Shown: positions 1 to 11,613 of the stretch, in pieces | How positions within the stretch are numbered: position 1 is the first letter of the stretch | How the letters are laid out: the number at the start of each line of letters is the position of its first letter | DNA from: Podarcis vaucheri | Lineage: Eukaryota | Strand: one strand, 5' to 3' | Length of the DNA stretch: 64,000 nt | Assembly: GCA_965113315.1 (NCBI GenBank) | Contig: OZ220370.1 | Notes under the pieces: model-generated | Databases searched by the model: none | The model's input: only the letters and a program-made list of their open reading frames with translations | Told to the model about the DNA's origin: nothing | Position numbers and translations under genes: made by a program

Positions 1-35
1 CTGTGGCCAAAGCTAGCTTTGAGAACCACTACACA

Positions 36-229
36 CCCATAAGGCAAGGTGAGGCAACTGCTTTAGGTGGCAGGATCCCCAAGGGCAGCAGATCTCAATG
101 TAGATCTTTATCTACATTGTCAGGGTCCGTTCCTGATGCAGATCTTCACTCACCCCTTCTTCCCTGGTGGGGAGTTGGGTGCCCTTTTGTGGGTTCACCT
201 CAGGTGCCAAAACATTTTGGGCTGACCCA
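36..229. mobile_element. Degenerate non-autonomous hAT-like MITE; related copy in opposite orientation at ~57986-58167
   Basis: Shares blocks with the reverse complement of 57986-58167 (aggcaaggtgaggc...ggtggcaggatcc; agatcttcactcaccc; aaaacattttgggctgaccc). Confidence 0.5.
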
Positions 230-2323
230 GAACACTACACACAAACAAGGGGTGAGGAACCTCTGTGCCACGGGTCAAATTGGTCAAGCCAAATCAGGCA
301 TATTCAGAGGGATCCAGGCCTTGGCTGAGTTGGGCTGAGACAGCCCCGGATTGCTACAGGTCAGGTTGAGTGATCTTGGGAAGTCATCAAAGAAGGAGAA
401 GCAGGCAGAGAAACCATGAAAAGTAAACATCTATCAGGTGACTGCATCTTTGCAGAAGAAGGTGGGAGTGCCTGGCATCTCCTTATCTGCCCCCTGAAGC
501 AGCACCATGCAGGTGCTTACCAGGTTGTAAGTGAGAAGATCCAATCCTGTGTAATGCCAATTGCTGCTCCTTTGCAAATGATGTACAAAACGCCATTTAA
601 AATTATTTCAGGCATGGGTCCACGGTGGGATGGCTGGTTCCTGGGGTAGCACAGAGTGGATAGGCATGATCCAGGGGGCCACCAATTGGTGGATGAGGGC
701 TGGATAGAGCCCTACTAATTAAGCCTGGCCCAGGTCCCAATTTGACCCACAAGGCAATTTCCCCCAAACCATGTGCACCTGTTGCACACTTAACATCATA
801 TGTGATTTCATGTGTGGAACAGGTAGAGCACGTGCAATCAAGGGATCTTAAGGCAAGCTTCTGATTGCTCATTGCCAAGGGAGGCTTGCTGTCACCACCA
901 ATCAGCACAGTTTGGGCTGTGGTCACATGAATATGAACTTTAGTGCATGCATGCTGGGGGTGAGGTGAATAACAGAAGGAAAGGAAGAAACCATAAGAAA
1001 AGGGGGGAAGAACAGAAGTGCCAGAAATTCTAACAAAAGTAGATACAAACCAGAGTGCCAGATTTAAGGGACATTATATCCCTACAAAAATAACCTAGTG
1101 ATGGACCCAGAAGGAAAGCTTGAAAGTCTTAGTCAAATATAATTACCTCATTCTAATATTCCTTATTGAGCAAGAATGTGTCAATGCAAGGGTGCCCTTC
1201 TTCAGATAGATTTTGCCACAAAGAATAATCATTGTGGGAATTAAAGCACAATTGTCAAGAAAGACTTGGTCATCATGAGAGAGATCATCATGTCTCATCC
1301 AACTGTCCTCTTGCTTTCCAGCAGTAATTACTTCAGTAATTAATCTCTGTCATTTAACTGTATTACATTTTGAAAGGAGAAAATGGAAGAAAGACCTGTT
1401 CCCAACTAATTTACATCACAGTTTAAAATCCTAGAACAGGGCAAATCAAATGTCAAACTTTAGCCCTCTTGTAGATTTCTACAATAGTCTCATTCCAACA
1501 CCCCTCACGAACAGAACGGAAGTTAGTTAGCTTAAATAATCTCAATTATATTGTCTTAGTTTGGGAGGCTTCCCCTATTCAACATCATTTATAACTGTGT
1601 TTTTCAGTGGAAGCCAATACACAATATAGGAGAACTAGTTATAGTGATGGGTTGTTGTATTACAACAGACCCCCAAAGTATTAGCCAGGGGCCACTGCTT
1701 TTGTATACCCCCAGGTGTGTGGCAAGAACAGTATGGGAAACTCTTCTAAATTAAATCTTCCAAATATAGCCTATGCTTGACAGGAATTGTCATCAACAAG
1801 ATATGCATTCACCATAGGTGTCTCCTTCACCTATGTCATTGGACAGTATAGATAAAGTAGTATGATTAAAGCTTAAGTCATACAACAATGTATAATATTT
1901 CTTCTGTATTTCAAAGTGAGTACTAAAACTTTTGCAAAGCTCAACAGACACATTGCTTGAATTCCATAGATGGGGAACAATCCATAGCTTAGTGGTGGGA
2001 CACAAATTATGCATGTAACAGGCCCCAGATTCATTCTCTAGCATTTTAGCCAGAGATGGAAAATATTCTGGTCTCATACTTCATAGACCCTCTATGAGTT
2101 TAGACAAGAGTGAGGTAAATGGAGCAATGGACTGACTTTGTATATCAGGAAGCTCTGTATGTTGAGAGATGACTTCTTTACTTTTGTCTACAAGAAAAGT
2201 AGGGACTAATGCAGTTGTGTGTAGATAGACAATCATCAAGGCTGCACATAAATTGTCTTGTCAAATAAGCTGGAGTTCTACCAATCAGTGACTGGTGGAA
2301 ATGGAGACGTGGCAGATACTTAG

Positions 2324-2447
2324 GGTTGGATCCAACTAAGCCACACTCAGAGCAGACTCACTGAAATCAATAGACTGCTGTTAATCATTGCTAACTTAAG
2401 CCCACTGATTTCAATGAGTCCACTCTGTGTATGACTTGGTTGCAACC
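2324..2447. mobile_element. Short palindromic MITE-like repeat
   Basis: Imperfect inverted arms cagagcagactcactgaaatca / tgatttcaatgagtccactctg; ends ggttg...caacc. Confidence 0.45.
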
Positions 2448-3166
2448 TTATTTCCAGCCCCAGCTCACACTCAGTTGTTTAGATTGTAGTCATTGTCAAC
2501 TTGACTGATGCTAAGTAGACTGTGTAGGCTGCTGGACAGTCTGTCTTTCTGGAGTGGAGCTATAGCAGGGAGCAAGTAATGAACACATAGGGGTGGTGAT
2601 CTTGAAGACCAGGACTAAGGACCAATCTCTTACTGATACAAAATTATTTATCATCTCTATGCAAGTCCATAGGTTGAAGAATGACATGTGAGCAGCACTA
2701 GCACAGTTTTATTTTTTATGAGTATTTCTAAACTGCCAGCTCATTAAAAAGTCATGGTGATGTACAATCAAATCTTTAAAACATCATAACATTATAAAAA
2801 ACATAAATATAGAAGAAATGACCAAACACTAAAAATGCTTGGCAAGATGGAAACATTTTCAGCAGGTGACAAAATTGCAGGTGCCTGTCTGATTTCAATA
2901 AGAAGAGTGTTCCAAAGTGAAAAAGCTTGTTTGATGGTGGGGGGTATTTGAAAGGGGTGTATTTCCTTATTTTATTAATAAAACCCAACTTCCACTTCAA
3001 TGAGCTTTCTAAGCACATACCACTGACACCATTTAATATCACTTATATTCTTTGTACCCAATAGCCTTGGTAACTGTGGGATGATGTGGTACATACCCAG
3101 TCAGATATAGCTGTGAACCCCTTTGTCATAGGCTCAGGTTATATATGTCTGTAAATAAACCATATA

Positions 3167-3407
3167 CAGTGGTACCTTGAGTTACAAACGCCTCAGGTTA
3201 CAAACGCTTCAGGTTACAAACTCTGCTAACCTGGAAGAGTTACCATGAGTTGAGAACTTTGCCCCAGGATGAGAACGGAAATTGTGTGCCAGTGGTGCAG
3301 CGGCAGCAAGACGCCCCATTAGCGAAAGCACGCCTCTAGTTAAGAACAGTTTCAGGTTAAGAATGGACCTTTGGAATGAATTAAGTTCGTAACTAGAGGT
3401 ACCACTG
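3167..3407. mobile_element. Tc1/mariner (pogo/Tigger-like) MITE, 241 bp
   Basis: Termini cagtggtacct...aggtaccactg; preceded by TA, followed by TG (decayed TA TSD); subterminal gttacaaac repeats. Confidence 0.8.
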
Positions 3408-5272
3408 TGTCATAAAGACACCTCAGTGTCTGCTGTGCCTCATTTCCAAAAAGAAACACAAACCTTGGGTGAGTGGCTGGAACCCCTGGAATCTTACATC
3501 ACTTGGAGATTCAGGTGGGATGCAACAAATGACATAATACAGTGTATAATGTCTATTAAAATGCATTTTAAAGGAACAGGATTTCTTCACAGTGGTGTTG
3601 AATATTTTCACATTGTTCTAGTGTCATAGTTCAGCAAGAATCCATACTAACTAGGTTAAACTCTCTATGTGATAATTTTGTGATGTCCTAGGCTTGGATT
3701 TTATTGAATTTTCATTTCATAATGAAAATCATTTCACATCAGGCATGCCAATGTAGAATTCTGTAGAACTGTGGCAAGATAATTTGGCGGTGGCGGCAGG
3801 AGTGGGAGGGGGGTCATGTGGATGAAAAGCATCACTTATGGGATCCATTCGTGGCCTATTCAGCTATTCATCCCCCATTCAATTGTACTCAGGGGGAAAG
3901 TGGGGCAGGTCCTGATCTCCCTTCCCCAGTGCCACTCTGCCTCTGAAGAAAAGTGGAGCTACTAGGTTTGCTGTTGCCCACTGAGAGGTCAGAGGGCAGG
4001 TGTAGGTGGTGGGTAGGTCAGCACAATGCAAACACACACAGAGAGAGCCAACCCAGCACTCTAGCCAGGGCATTTTCACCACCAAGTCCTCCCCCCCACC
4101 TTGTCCATCCCTCTCCTCTGCTGGTGACCCACCTGCAAGGAAGCCAATGCAGGAGCTCTGCCCCACTTGACAAGCCACTTCTGTGTTCCTGATGAAGGGG
4201 GAGGGGTGCTTGTGCCTAGAATTGCCCTGTTTAAAATCCTGATGTGGCTGCTTGCCATACAGCAAACATTACATGTAATTTGATAAGAAGCTTTTCATAT
4301 GGAAAAAGTTCATGCATGAATCCAATATATACACGCCTCAACTATATACACAGTTGGCATAGCAAATATTAGAGTTCGGGAAATAACAAGCCAAAGGATT
4401 CCACTTTGGCAGCCTAAAGGACAGGGAGCACCTGGTTATTGTAAAAAGTAAGCCGAGGACAGACTAAACCTAACAGCACTGAGAGGACTGTTATGATTCA
4501 ATCTCTGTTTCCCAATTGTCTCCAGGTCCTTCTTCAGATGCCCTTTAAGTCCCCTGATTCATTCAAGTCTAGCATTATAAGGCATAACTGTCCTGTGCTA
4601 ATTGATGGTACTAATTATATTATACCGAATTTTATTTGTTGTTTTAGGTAGCTAGTTAGCATGCTTGCTCTCGTTCTCAGACACACACAGAAATGAAATG
4701 AAAATGTTAAAATTACGCAATATAACCACAGACAAGCAATATATAAAATAATGCTTCCCCTAAATTTCAAGCTGTTTGTTTGTTTGTTTGTTTGGGAAAC
4801 CAGAGGATCTGCAGATAAAACTGGTCCTTCTGTCAGCAGAGGTTTCTGTTTTCAAGACTCAGCAATTTCTCTACCCTACATGAAGATATGGAGGTTTCAT
4901 GTGAATTCTGGGAAGGAAGTCGGGGAAAGACTGGGGGGGGGTCAAGGTGATTGAGCGATGGCAGAGATGGATCGTGCAAACCCAGCTTTCTGATGAAAGC
5001 GGACTTAGGCTCTGCATATGTACATGGGGAGAAAAAAAATCTCTCAGCAATTGGCTGACTAAGTGAATATATATTAGACAGCAGTACATAAAAAGGCTAT
5101 GAGGTTTTCATTAACCAGAACTGACTGATACTTAAAATCCAGGTCCCTCCCACTGTTGTTTTCCTCCCCCCCCCTCCCTGCCCCAGTCACAGTCCTGCCA
5201 TGCCTTCCTCCTCCTCCTCCTCCTCCTTCCATTGCTGGCTTGTTATCTTTTCACACTGGACTTTTCACACTG

Positions 5273-5523
5273 NNNNNNNNNNNNNNNNNNNNNNNNNNNN
5301 NNNNNNNNNNNNNNNNNNNNNNNNNNNNNNNNNNNNNNNNNNNNNNNNNNNNNNNNNNNNNNNNNNNNNNNNNNNNNNNNNNNNNNNNNNNNNNNNNNNN
5401 NNNNNNNNNNNNNNNNNNNNNNNNNNNNNNNNNNNNNNNNNNNNNNNNNNNNNNNNNNNNNNNNNNNNNNNNNNNNNNNNNNNNNNNNNNNNNNNNNNNN
5501 NNNNNNNNNNNNNNNNNNNNNNN
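5273..5523. other. N gap (251 nt)
   Basis: Run of N. Confidence 0.99.
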
Positions 5524-5638
5524 TGTGGAACTCGGAGGAGCTGCTTCAAATGAGCTGCTGGAGACTGTGGAACTCTTCCTCCCCATTTTCCATCTGATTT
5601 TTACCACAAGGATCCTTATTAGGCTATTTTTCACGTAT
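5524..5638 (-). other. Candidate exon of an unidentified minus-strand host gene (possibly UTR or non-coding); 3' end lost in the gap
   Basis: Minus strand reads tttaac (branch-point-like), then tctccctctctctctctttgtgcttctcttacag|ATACGTG, a strong acceptor. One frame is open (YVKNSLIRILVVKIRWKMGRKSSTVSSSSFEAAPPSST) but I recognise no protein. Confidence 0.4.
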
Positions 5639-6297
5639 CTGTAAGAGAAGCACAAAGAGAGAGAGAGGGAGATTGCATCTAGTTAAAAATGATCAGGGAA
5701 TTCTGGGTACCAGATGTTTTTTGCTTAATATTGCAAAATGGCTTTTATTAGATTACACTAAGTACTTACTAACTACAGTTAAACTGCTTTGCAGAGAAAC
5801 CTAATGGGAATGCTGCCCTAAATAGCTTCTTTTCTTCTTCGTCTTCTTCTTTCCTCCCCCCACTTTTTTTTATTTTATTTGGTACACATTTGTGCTTCTC
5901 CGTGCATGTCTGTTGCATGGGTGTAAGCGTGTGTGGTTGTAAGGAATGCAAGAATGCGAGAGGGACGTGATGAGGCGAGATGGACTGGCGTATTCTACAC
6001 ACACTGTATTCTTGTTGGCTAAAGAGCGAAGCCAGGGTGCTAATGAAACGGCAACGGTAGGAAGCAAAGGTGTCCATTTTCAGTATCATTCCAGCAAAAG
6101 CAATGTTGATATACAATAGAGTCAGCATCAGAGCTGAGCTTTGGCTAGCTTCTGACTTCTGACTGGTCGCATTCTTTTATTTCTTTATTCATAAAATAGT
6201 ATCCATCACCTCTGGAAAAAAACTACAAACCTCTGGTTGTACAACCACAGGCATTCATGCAGCTTACAATCTCCACCCTACTCATGTGCACTGAAAC

Positions 6298-6299
<2 letters not shown>

Positions 6300-6329
<30 letters not shown>
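6300..6329. repeat. (GT)n microsatellite
   Basis: Direct reading. Confidence 0.95.
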
Positions 6330-6332
<3 letters not shown>

Positions 6333-6405
6333 GCAGACAGAGAAACTAGGTTGCAATCCTGCACAAGAGGTAGAGAAACAGTCAGAGGTATTTTGCCCCC
6401 TAAAC

Positions 6406-6541
6406 CAGGCATGGTCAAACTTGGCCCTCCAGCTGTCTTGGGACTACAGTTCCCATCATTCCTGACCACTGGCTGTGTTAGCTAGGGATGATGGGAGTTG
6501 TAGTCCCAGAACAGCTGGAGTGTCAAGTTTGGCCATGCCTG
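6406..6541. mobile_element. Palindromic hAT (Charlie-like) MITE, 136 bp; decayed relatives near 34030-34135, 40770-40860, 44185-44325, 45367-45497 and 63780-63915
   Basis: TIR caggcatggtcaaactt / aagtttggccatgcctg; 8-bp TSD ccctaaac/tcctaaac; internal arms ggactacagttcccatcat / atgatgggagttgtagtcc. Confidence 0.85.
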
Positions 6542-6766
6542 TCCTAAACTGATAATCAGCCAGAAGGGGCAGATTGATTTTCCATTTTGAACCCCAGCTT
6601 GTCTGTTCATGTTGATGATTGGGGACAGCAAAAAAAAATTTAAAAATCCAAAACGTATTGGGCTATATTTGTACATCCCATACTATAACTGTTTCAGATT
6701 GTCACGCTAGAATTTAATTATCCTAATTGTAAACATGTGAATACAATTGAGATTAGGGACCTATCT

Positions 6767-6997
6767 GCACTACACATTTAAAGCAGTATTGTAGCACTTT
6801 GAACTGTCATGGCATCCCCCAAAGAATCCTGTGAACTGTAGTTTGTTACAGATGCTGAGAGTTGTTAGGAGACACGTACTCTCCTCACAGAGCTACAGTT
6901 CCCAGACTTCTCTGGGAAGAAGAATTGATTGTTTTGACAGCTCTCAGCAGCCTTAACAAACTACAGTTCCCAGAATTCTTGGAAGGGAAGCCATGCT
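6767..6997. mobile_element. Degenerate MITE with inverted arms
   Basis: aagaatcctgtgaactgtagtttgtta pairs with taacaaactacagttcccagaattctt. Confidence 0.55.
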
Positions 6998-6999
6998 AG

Positions 7000-7394
7000 A
7001 AATGGCATGTGATTCAATTCAGTTTACATTTAAAGGTGAATCTGTTAAATCCATACTTTCTGAAACAATATGAGGAATGAAACAGACATCCTTTGAAGTT
7101 CACACTTATCAAAATGTTGATGCAGTTTTCCAATCAACCAATGTTTGCAAAAATGCATCTATTGGGGAAAATCTGCATAAAAATGAATATATTAGTGAAT
7201 ATAACAAAGAGAAATGAATTATATTAGGGGGAAAATGCTTTGCAAAAATGTGTACATCAGTCAAAACTGCATATAAAAAGTGTTTATTAGGAGAAGTTCA
7301 CATTGAATTATGAAATTGCTGCAGAATTGTGGAGAATTGAGTTTAAGATTGGAAAAACGAGAAACTGAAAGAAGTGACAGATGTTTCCATCCCT
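7000..7394. repeat. Old AT-rich interspersed repeat (probable DNA-transposon derivative); related fragments near 21860-22020, 30905-31210 and 39385-39615
   Basis: Shared motifs (gcaaaaatgcat, aggagaagttcaca, gagaaactgaaa...catccct) recur in both orientations. Confidence 0.45.
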
Positions 7395-8230
7395 GGGTTC
7401 CATAGGAAGTTGCCTATAGGATGTAGCCATAGCAGTCAGACTGTTGGTCCATCTAGCTCAGCTTAGTCTATTCTGACTGGCAGTAGCTTGGCTGGGTTTC
7501 AGGCATTGCCAAAACAGAAGACCCAGGTCTACTGAAACTGCATATTCTGATTTATGTATATAGCTGTAAATCTGGAAATAATTACTATTGTTCAAATAAA
7601 AATACAAAAACAAACCATCACACCATAAAGGGGACAATTGTGACCAGATGTGCATGCTCAGTTTGCTATCCACTCATAATGGGCACCTTCAGACCTCAAG
7701 CTCTTCCTCCTTATACTTATTTTTTTAAAAATCTTTAAACCAGACTTGGACTGTGCAGACTTTCAAACAGAGGACTTCTCTGACAGCCCCTCAAACAAAA
7801 GGGTCGTATCTTCATGTGGACTTCATGTGGATTGCGATGTTGGCCTCTTAGTCACTACACTGAACCAGCCTTCAATATATGCACAACAAATAGTGGCCAG
7901 AATTCAGCTCTATGCTTTCTGCTGCTTCCTGTCCTGCATTAAAAGTATTCACTAGGGGTGAAAATAATGTGAGACCATTCTAAGCGTTCTCTCCGGTGAC
8001 ATGTAAAACAGGGTACCTGTGCGTCTCACATTAAAGAAGGCAGTTTGAAGGTGCCTTCTGTTTGAAGGTGCCATCTGTTTGCAGAGCTGTCCAGCCTAAG
8101 TCTAGTTTAAAGATAGAGAACCTTAAGAAGGGGGAAATGAAGTTGTTCCATGGACAGTTACCACTGCGGACTGAGCAGGGACATAAAGACACCTGGTCAT
8201 ATTCTTCCCCGCTATGGTGACAAGCACTGT

Positions 8231-8514
8231 TGTTGTTTAGTCGTCTTAGTCGTGTTTGACTCTCCGTGACCCCATGAACCAGAGCATACCTTGGAAACTC
8301 ACTTCCTTCTCAAAGCTTTTCCTTTTTATGTCCATGGAGTTTTCTTGGCAAAATACTGGAGTGATTTGCCATTTCCTCCTCCAGGTAGACCACATTTAGT
8401 CTAAACTCTTGGCTATGACCTATCCATCTTGGGTGGCCCTGCATGGCATAGATCATCACTTCTTGGAGTTATTCAAGCCCCTTCACCACGACAAGACAGT
8501 GATCCATGATGGGG
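8231..8514 (-). mobile_element. Short RTE/BovB-derived non-autonomous element (5' and 3' parts joined)
   Basis: BovB-like blocks (gtcgtgtttgactctccgtgaccccatg; tcttggcaaaatactggagtgatttgccatt; tcttgggtggccctgcatggcatag); (CAA)n tail on minus strand; TSD gacaagcactgt/gacaagtattgt. Confidence 0.65.
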
Positions 8515-9184
8515 GACAAGTATTGTATTCCTCATTAAATTATGGCAGATTGCTTATGAACGTGCACTAGCACATATAAATTAGCATTATTAAATTATAT
8601 GTAAACCTGCGTCCTGCTCTGTCCTGTCTTCTGGTGATGCATAAATAGCCATGCTTGTGTGGAAACTCCCAAAATATTTGACTATGCCTATAGATTGCTT
8701 TTGAAGTCCTATTAATATTTACTGCCCACAAAATTAGCACACTACTCTTCAGCTCACCACAGGAGCAGCATTTTGATGATCAGGACCAGAAATAAATATC
8801 CTGGAATAATGCATCCTGTGTGGGGTGAAAGGTGATCTAGAGCGGAGATAAATCTGGGACCCAGATTAGGAGCACAGAGAAACCGGATGTGGGCAGAAGA
8901 AAAGTAGGCATTGGGCTTGAGAAAGGAAAGCAAGAATGCAAAAGTACTGAGGCAAAGCAAATTTGTGTAAACAGAGGTTCCTGAAAGCAGTGCTTAAGGT
9001 GCTGTGGGCAAATAGATAGACTGATGGTGGGTGATTCTGCTTTGTAGTCTTGCTCATCAAAGTGAGTGTGCAAGGAACCACCGGAAACTACAGGGAACAC
9101 TGCACTTTTTAAAAGTGTGTTCTTCGTATTTATTTATTTATTAAGCTGAGAGATACTAATTAATATAATTTAATAGAAAGATAA

Positions 9185-9542
9185 GGGACGCGGGTGGCAC
9201 TGTGGGTTAAACCACAGAGCCTAGGACTTGCCGATCAGAAGGTTGGCGGTTCAAATCCCCGCGACGGGATGAGCTCCTGTTGCTCGGTCCCTGCTCCTGC
9301 CCACCTAGCAGTTCGAAAGCACGTCAAAGTGCAAGTAGATAAATAGGTACTGCTCTGGTGGGAAGGTAAACAGTGTTTCCATGCGCTGCTCTGGTTCGCC
9401 AGAAGCAGCTTAGTCATGCTGGCCACATGACCTGTATGCTGTATGCCGGTTCCCTCGGCCAATAAAGCGAGATGAGCGCCGCAACCCCAGAGTCGCCCAT
9501 GACTGGACCTAATGGTCAGGGGTCCTTTTATCCTTTACCTTT
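9185..9542 (+). mobile_element. Sauria SINE (Squam1 type), full length
   Basis: tRNA-derived head with A/B boxes (gtggcactgtggg...ggttcaaatccc); body gcaagtagataaataggtac; tail cctttaccttt; perfect TSD aatagaaagata (9172-9183 / 9543-9554). Confidence 0.93.
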
Positions 9543-10398
9543 AATAGAAAGATAGCCATTTAATCATTTTTAATAAGGAACTAACTAGCTTTTACCTAGT
9601 TGCTTTTTTTAATATTCCCAGCTTAATTAATAAAAGTGAGCCATTTGCAATAGTTCCACAGCTTGAGTGAATGGGCCAGGACTCGATGCTTTCCAAATGC
9701 CCTCCATATATCAGGTGACACCAAGTGATAGTGGTTTACCAAAGGCTGCCGCAAAACACAATGCACAATCTCAGGTGCCTCTCTATGCCAGTTCTTTTCT
9801 GACATTTTGCAAAATGCCACATGAAACAAATAACTAAATATGAATGATCCCCGCTGTCTTAAACCACTTCAGCCTTAGCACTATTCAGCCAGATCTATTG
9901 CATTTTCTAAGCCAACAGAAGATCAGAGCATGTGCTTCACTTATTCTGACAGTGACATGCAATCATTTTGCTTCAAGCAGGAACAGGTCACTGTCTCAGT
10001 GGACATCCTAGTTACTGACTCTTCCTAGACACTGTTTTCAAGTCAACAAGCTAAAGGTGTGCCATCCTGTGACATATATAAATATATATATATTCAATGC
10101 CAAAATTATGATCATTTGTTCTTTTCCTAGAACCATCAGTGAGCAACATCAGGAATGGAAGAAGCTGAACCTGAACAAAACAGGAAAAGGATATCCATTC
10201 CATTTACTTATAATAAATGAAGTTTAAAGAAAAAAATCATTTAAAAAAATGTTGGTGCTATTTTCAGCTGAAACACATTACTGTGTGTGTTATGCATGTT
10301 TAGTAAAAAGTCCATGTGTGCATTTGTGCATGTGGTTTGAGAACTACAGTTAAAAGGAAAGGCCTAATTCTCAAGGAATGCGTGTGTGTGCGCGCGCA

Positions 10399-10401
<3 letters not shown>

Positions 10402-10447
<46 letters not shown>
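10402..10447. repeat. (TA)n microsatellite, left flank of Penelope insertion
   Basis: Direct reading. Confidence 0.95.
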
Positions 10448-10450
<3 letters not shown>

Positions 10451-11309
10451 GGTTTTGGTGTCTTCGGGTGTCTTCCCGTGTAAGAGTCGGGGTGTCTGTG
10501 CGACGTTTCGACGAGGTCTCACTCGTCATCTTCAGGCTGGTGCTTTCGGCTTCTTGTTACTGGAACAGAGCAGAATCTGGTGTTTGAGTTCCTATAAATA
10601 CTGTTGAGGGGTGTGGTGTATAGCCTCCAACGTTCTGGGCAGAGAGGAAGTTCCTAGATTAGTGTGCCTCTTCTTCTTTTGTTCCTTAATTACTTGAGGG
10701 ATATCTTGAGTGATTTCATGAGTGATATTCTGAATACCACTGGATGGGTCATTAAGTGTAGATTAGTTGCTAAAGCTTTTGTGTCTTGACCTCTTGAGCT
10801 TGTGAAGAGTTTTTCTGAGAAGATGGCTGTGCTGCATTTAGTTGTGCTCTGGCTTGGCTTCGTGTATAGGGGCGAGCTGTGGTTTTGTGCCTTGTGCCAG
10901 CCAGATCTGTGTAGGGATTGCAGGGGGGTGCAGCATCCGGAGGTGCCACTATAGTTTGGCTACTGGATGGAGTCTGTAATATGTCTGTGGAGAGGGTCTG
11001 GGTTTGGGTCTGGTGTGGTTGATTGGTGACGGCGTTCTGTGTGCCTCTGGTTCTGGTGTCGGTTTTTGTGGGGAGGGCTAATTTCCAGATGTCTGGCAGG
11101 CGGGACGTGTCGTCACGCTTGTTCATGTTGTGAGGGTGTTTCTCTATCTCGATGGCTTCCATGATTATTCTCTTGTGGTGATGTTCCATGTTAAAGAGCA
11201 ATTTGGAATCTGCAAAATTAATTTCGTGTCCTGTTTCTTTCATGTGTTGGAAAAGAGAGGAAGTTTTTTCTTCTTTTTTGACGGCATTCTTGTGTTCTGC
11301 GATACGTGC

Positions 11310-11313
<4 letters not shown>
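10448..11313 (-). mobile_element. 5'-truncated Penelope-like element (GIY-YIG C-terminal part plus pseudo-LTR) inserted in (TA)n
   Basis: Near-identical (2 substitutions seen) to 54258-55123; ORF 10770-11243 is the C-terminus of the 54580-56262 protein; (TA)n on both sides. Confidence 0.93.

Positions 11314-11314
<1 letters not shown>

Positions 11315-11362
<48 letters not shown>
11315..11362. repeat. (TA)n microsatellite, right flank of Penelope insertion
   Basis: Direct reading. Confidence 0.95.
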
Positions 11363-11365
<3 letters not shown>

Positions 11366-11457
11366 GTCTTCATGAATGAATCAGTGCTTCATTTTAAACA
11401 AGGCTTCTGCACTGAGCTTAGCCCAGCACAGTAATTTAATTAATCTACATTTCATGA

Positions 11458-11613
11458 NNNNNNNNNNNNNNNNNNNNNNNNNNNNNNNNNNNNNNNNNNN
11501 NNNNNNNNNNNNNNNNNNNNNNNNNNNNNNNNNNNNNNNNNNNNNNNNNNNNNNNNNNNNNNNNNNNNNNNNNNNNNNNNNNNNNNNNNNNNNNNNNNNN
11601 NNNNNNNNNNNNN
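11458..11613. other. N gap (156 nt)
   Basis: Run of N. Confidence 0.99.

Noticed and set aside
3075-3498. Possible solo LTR hosting the 3167-3407 MITE
   Set aside because: AATAAA and a CA end are suggestive, but I could not define a 5' boundary or TSD.
5156-5655. ORFs containing long X runs
   Set aside because: Their length comes from the N gap.
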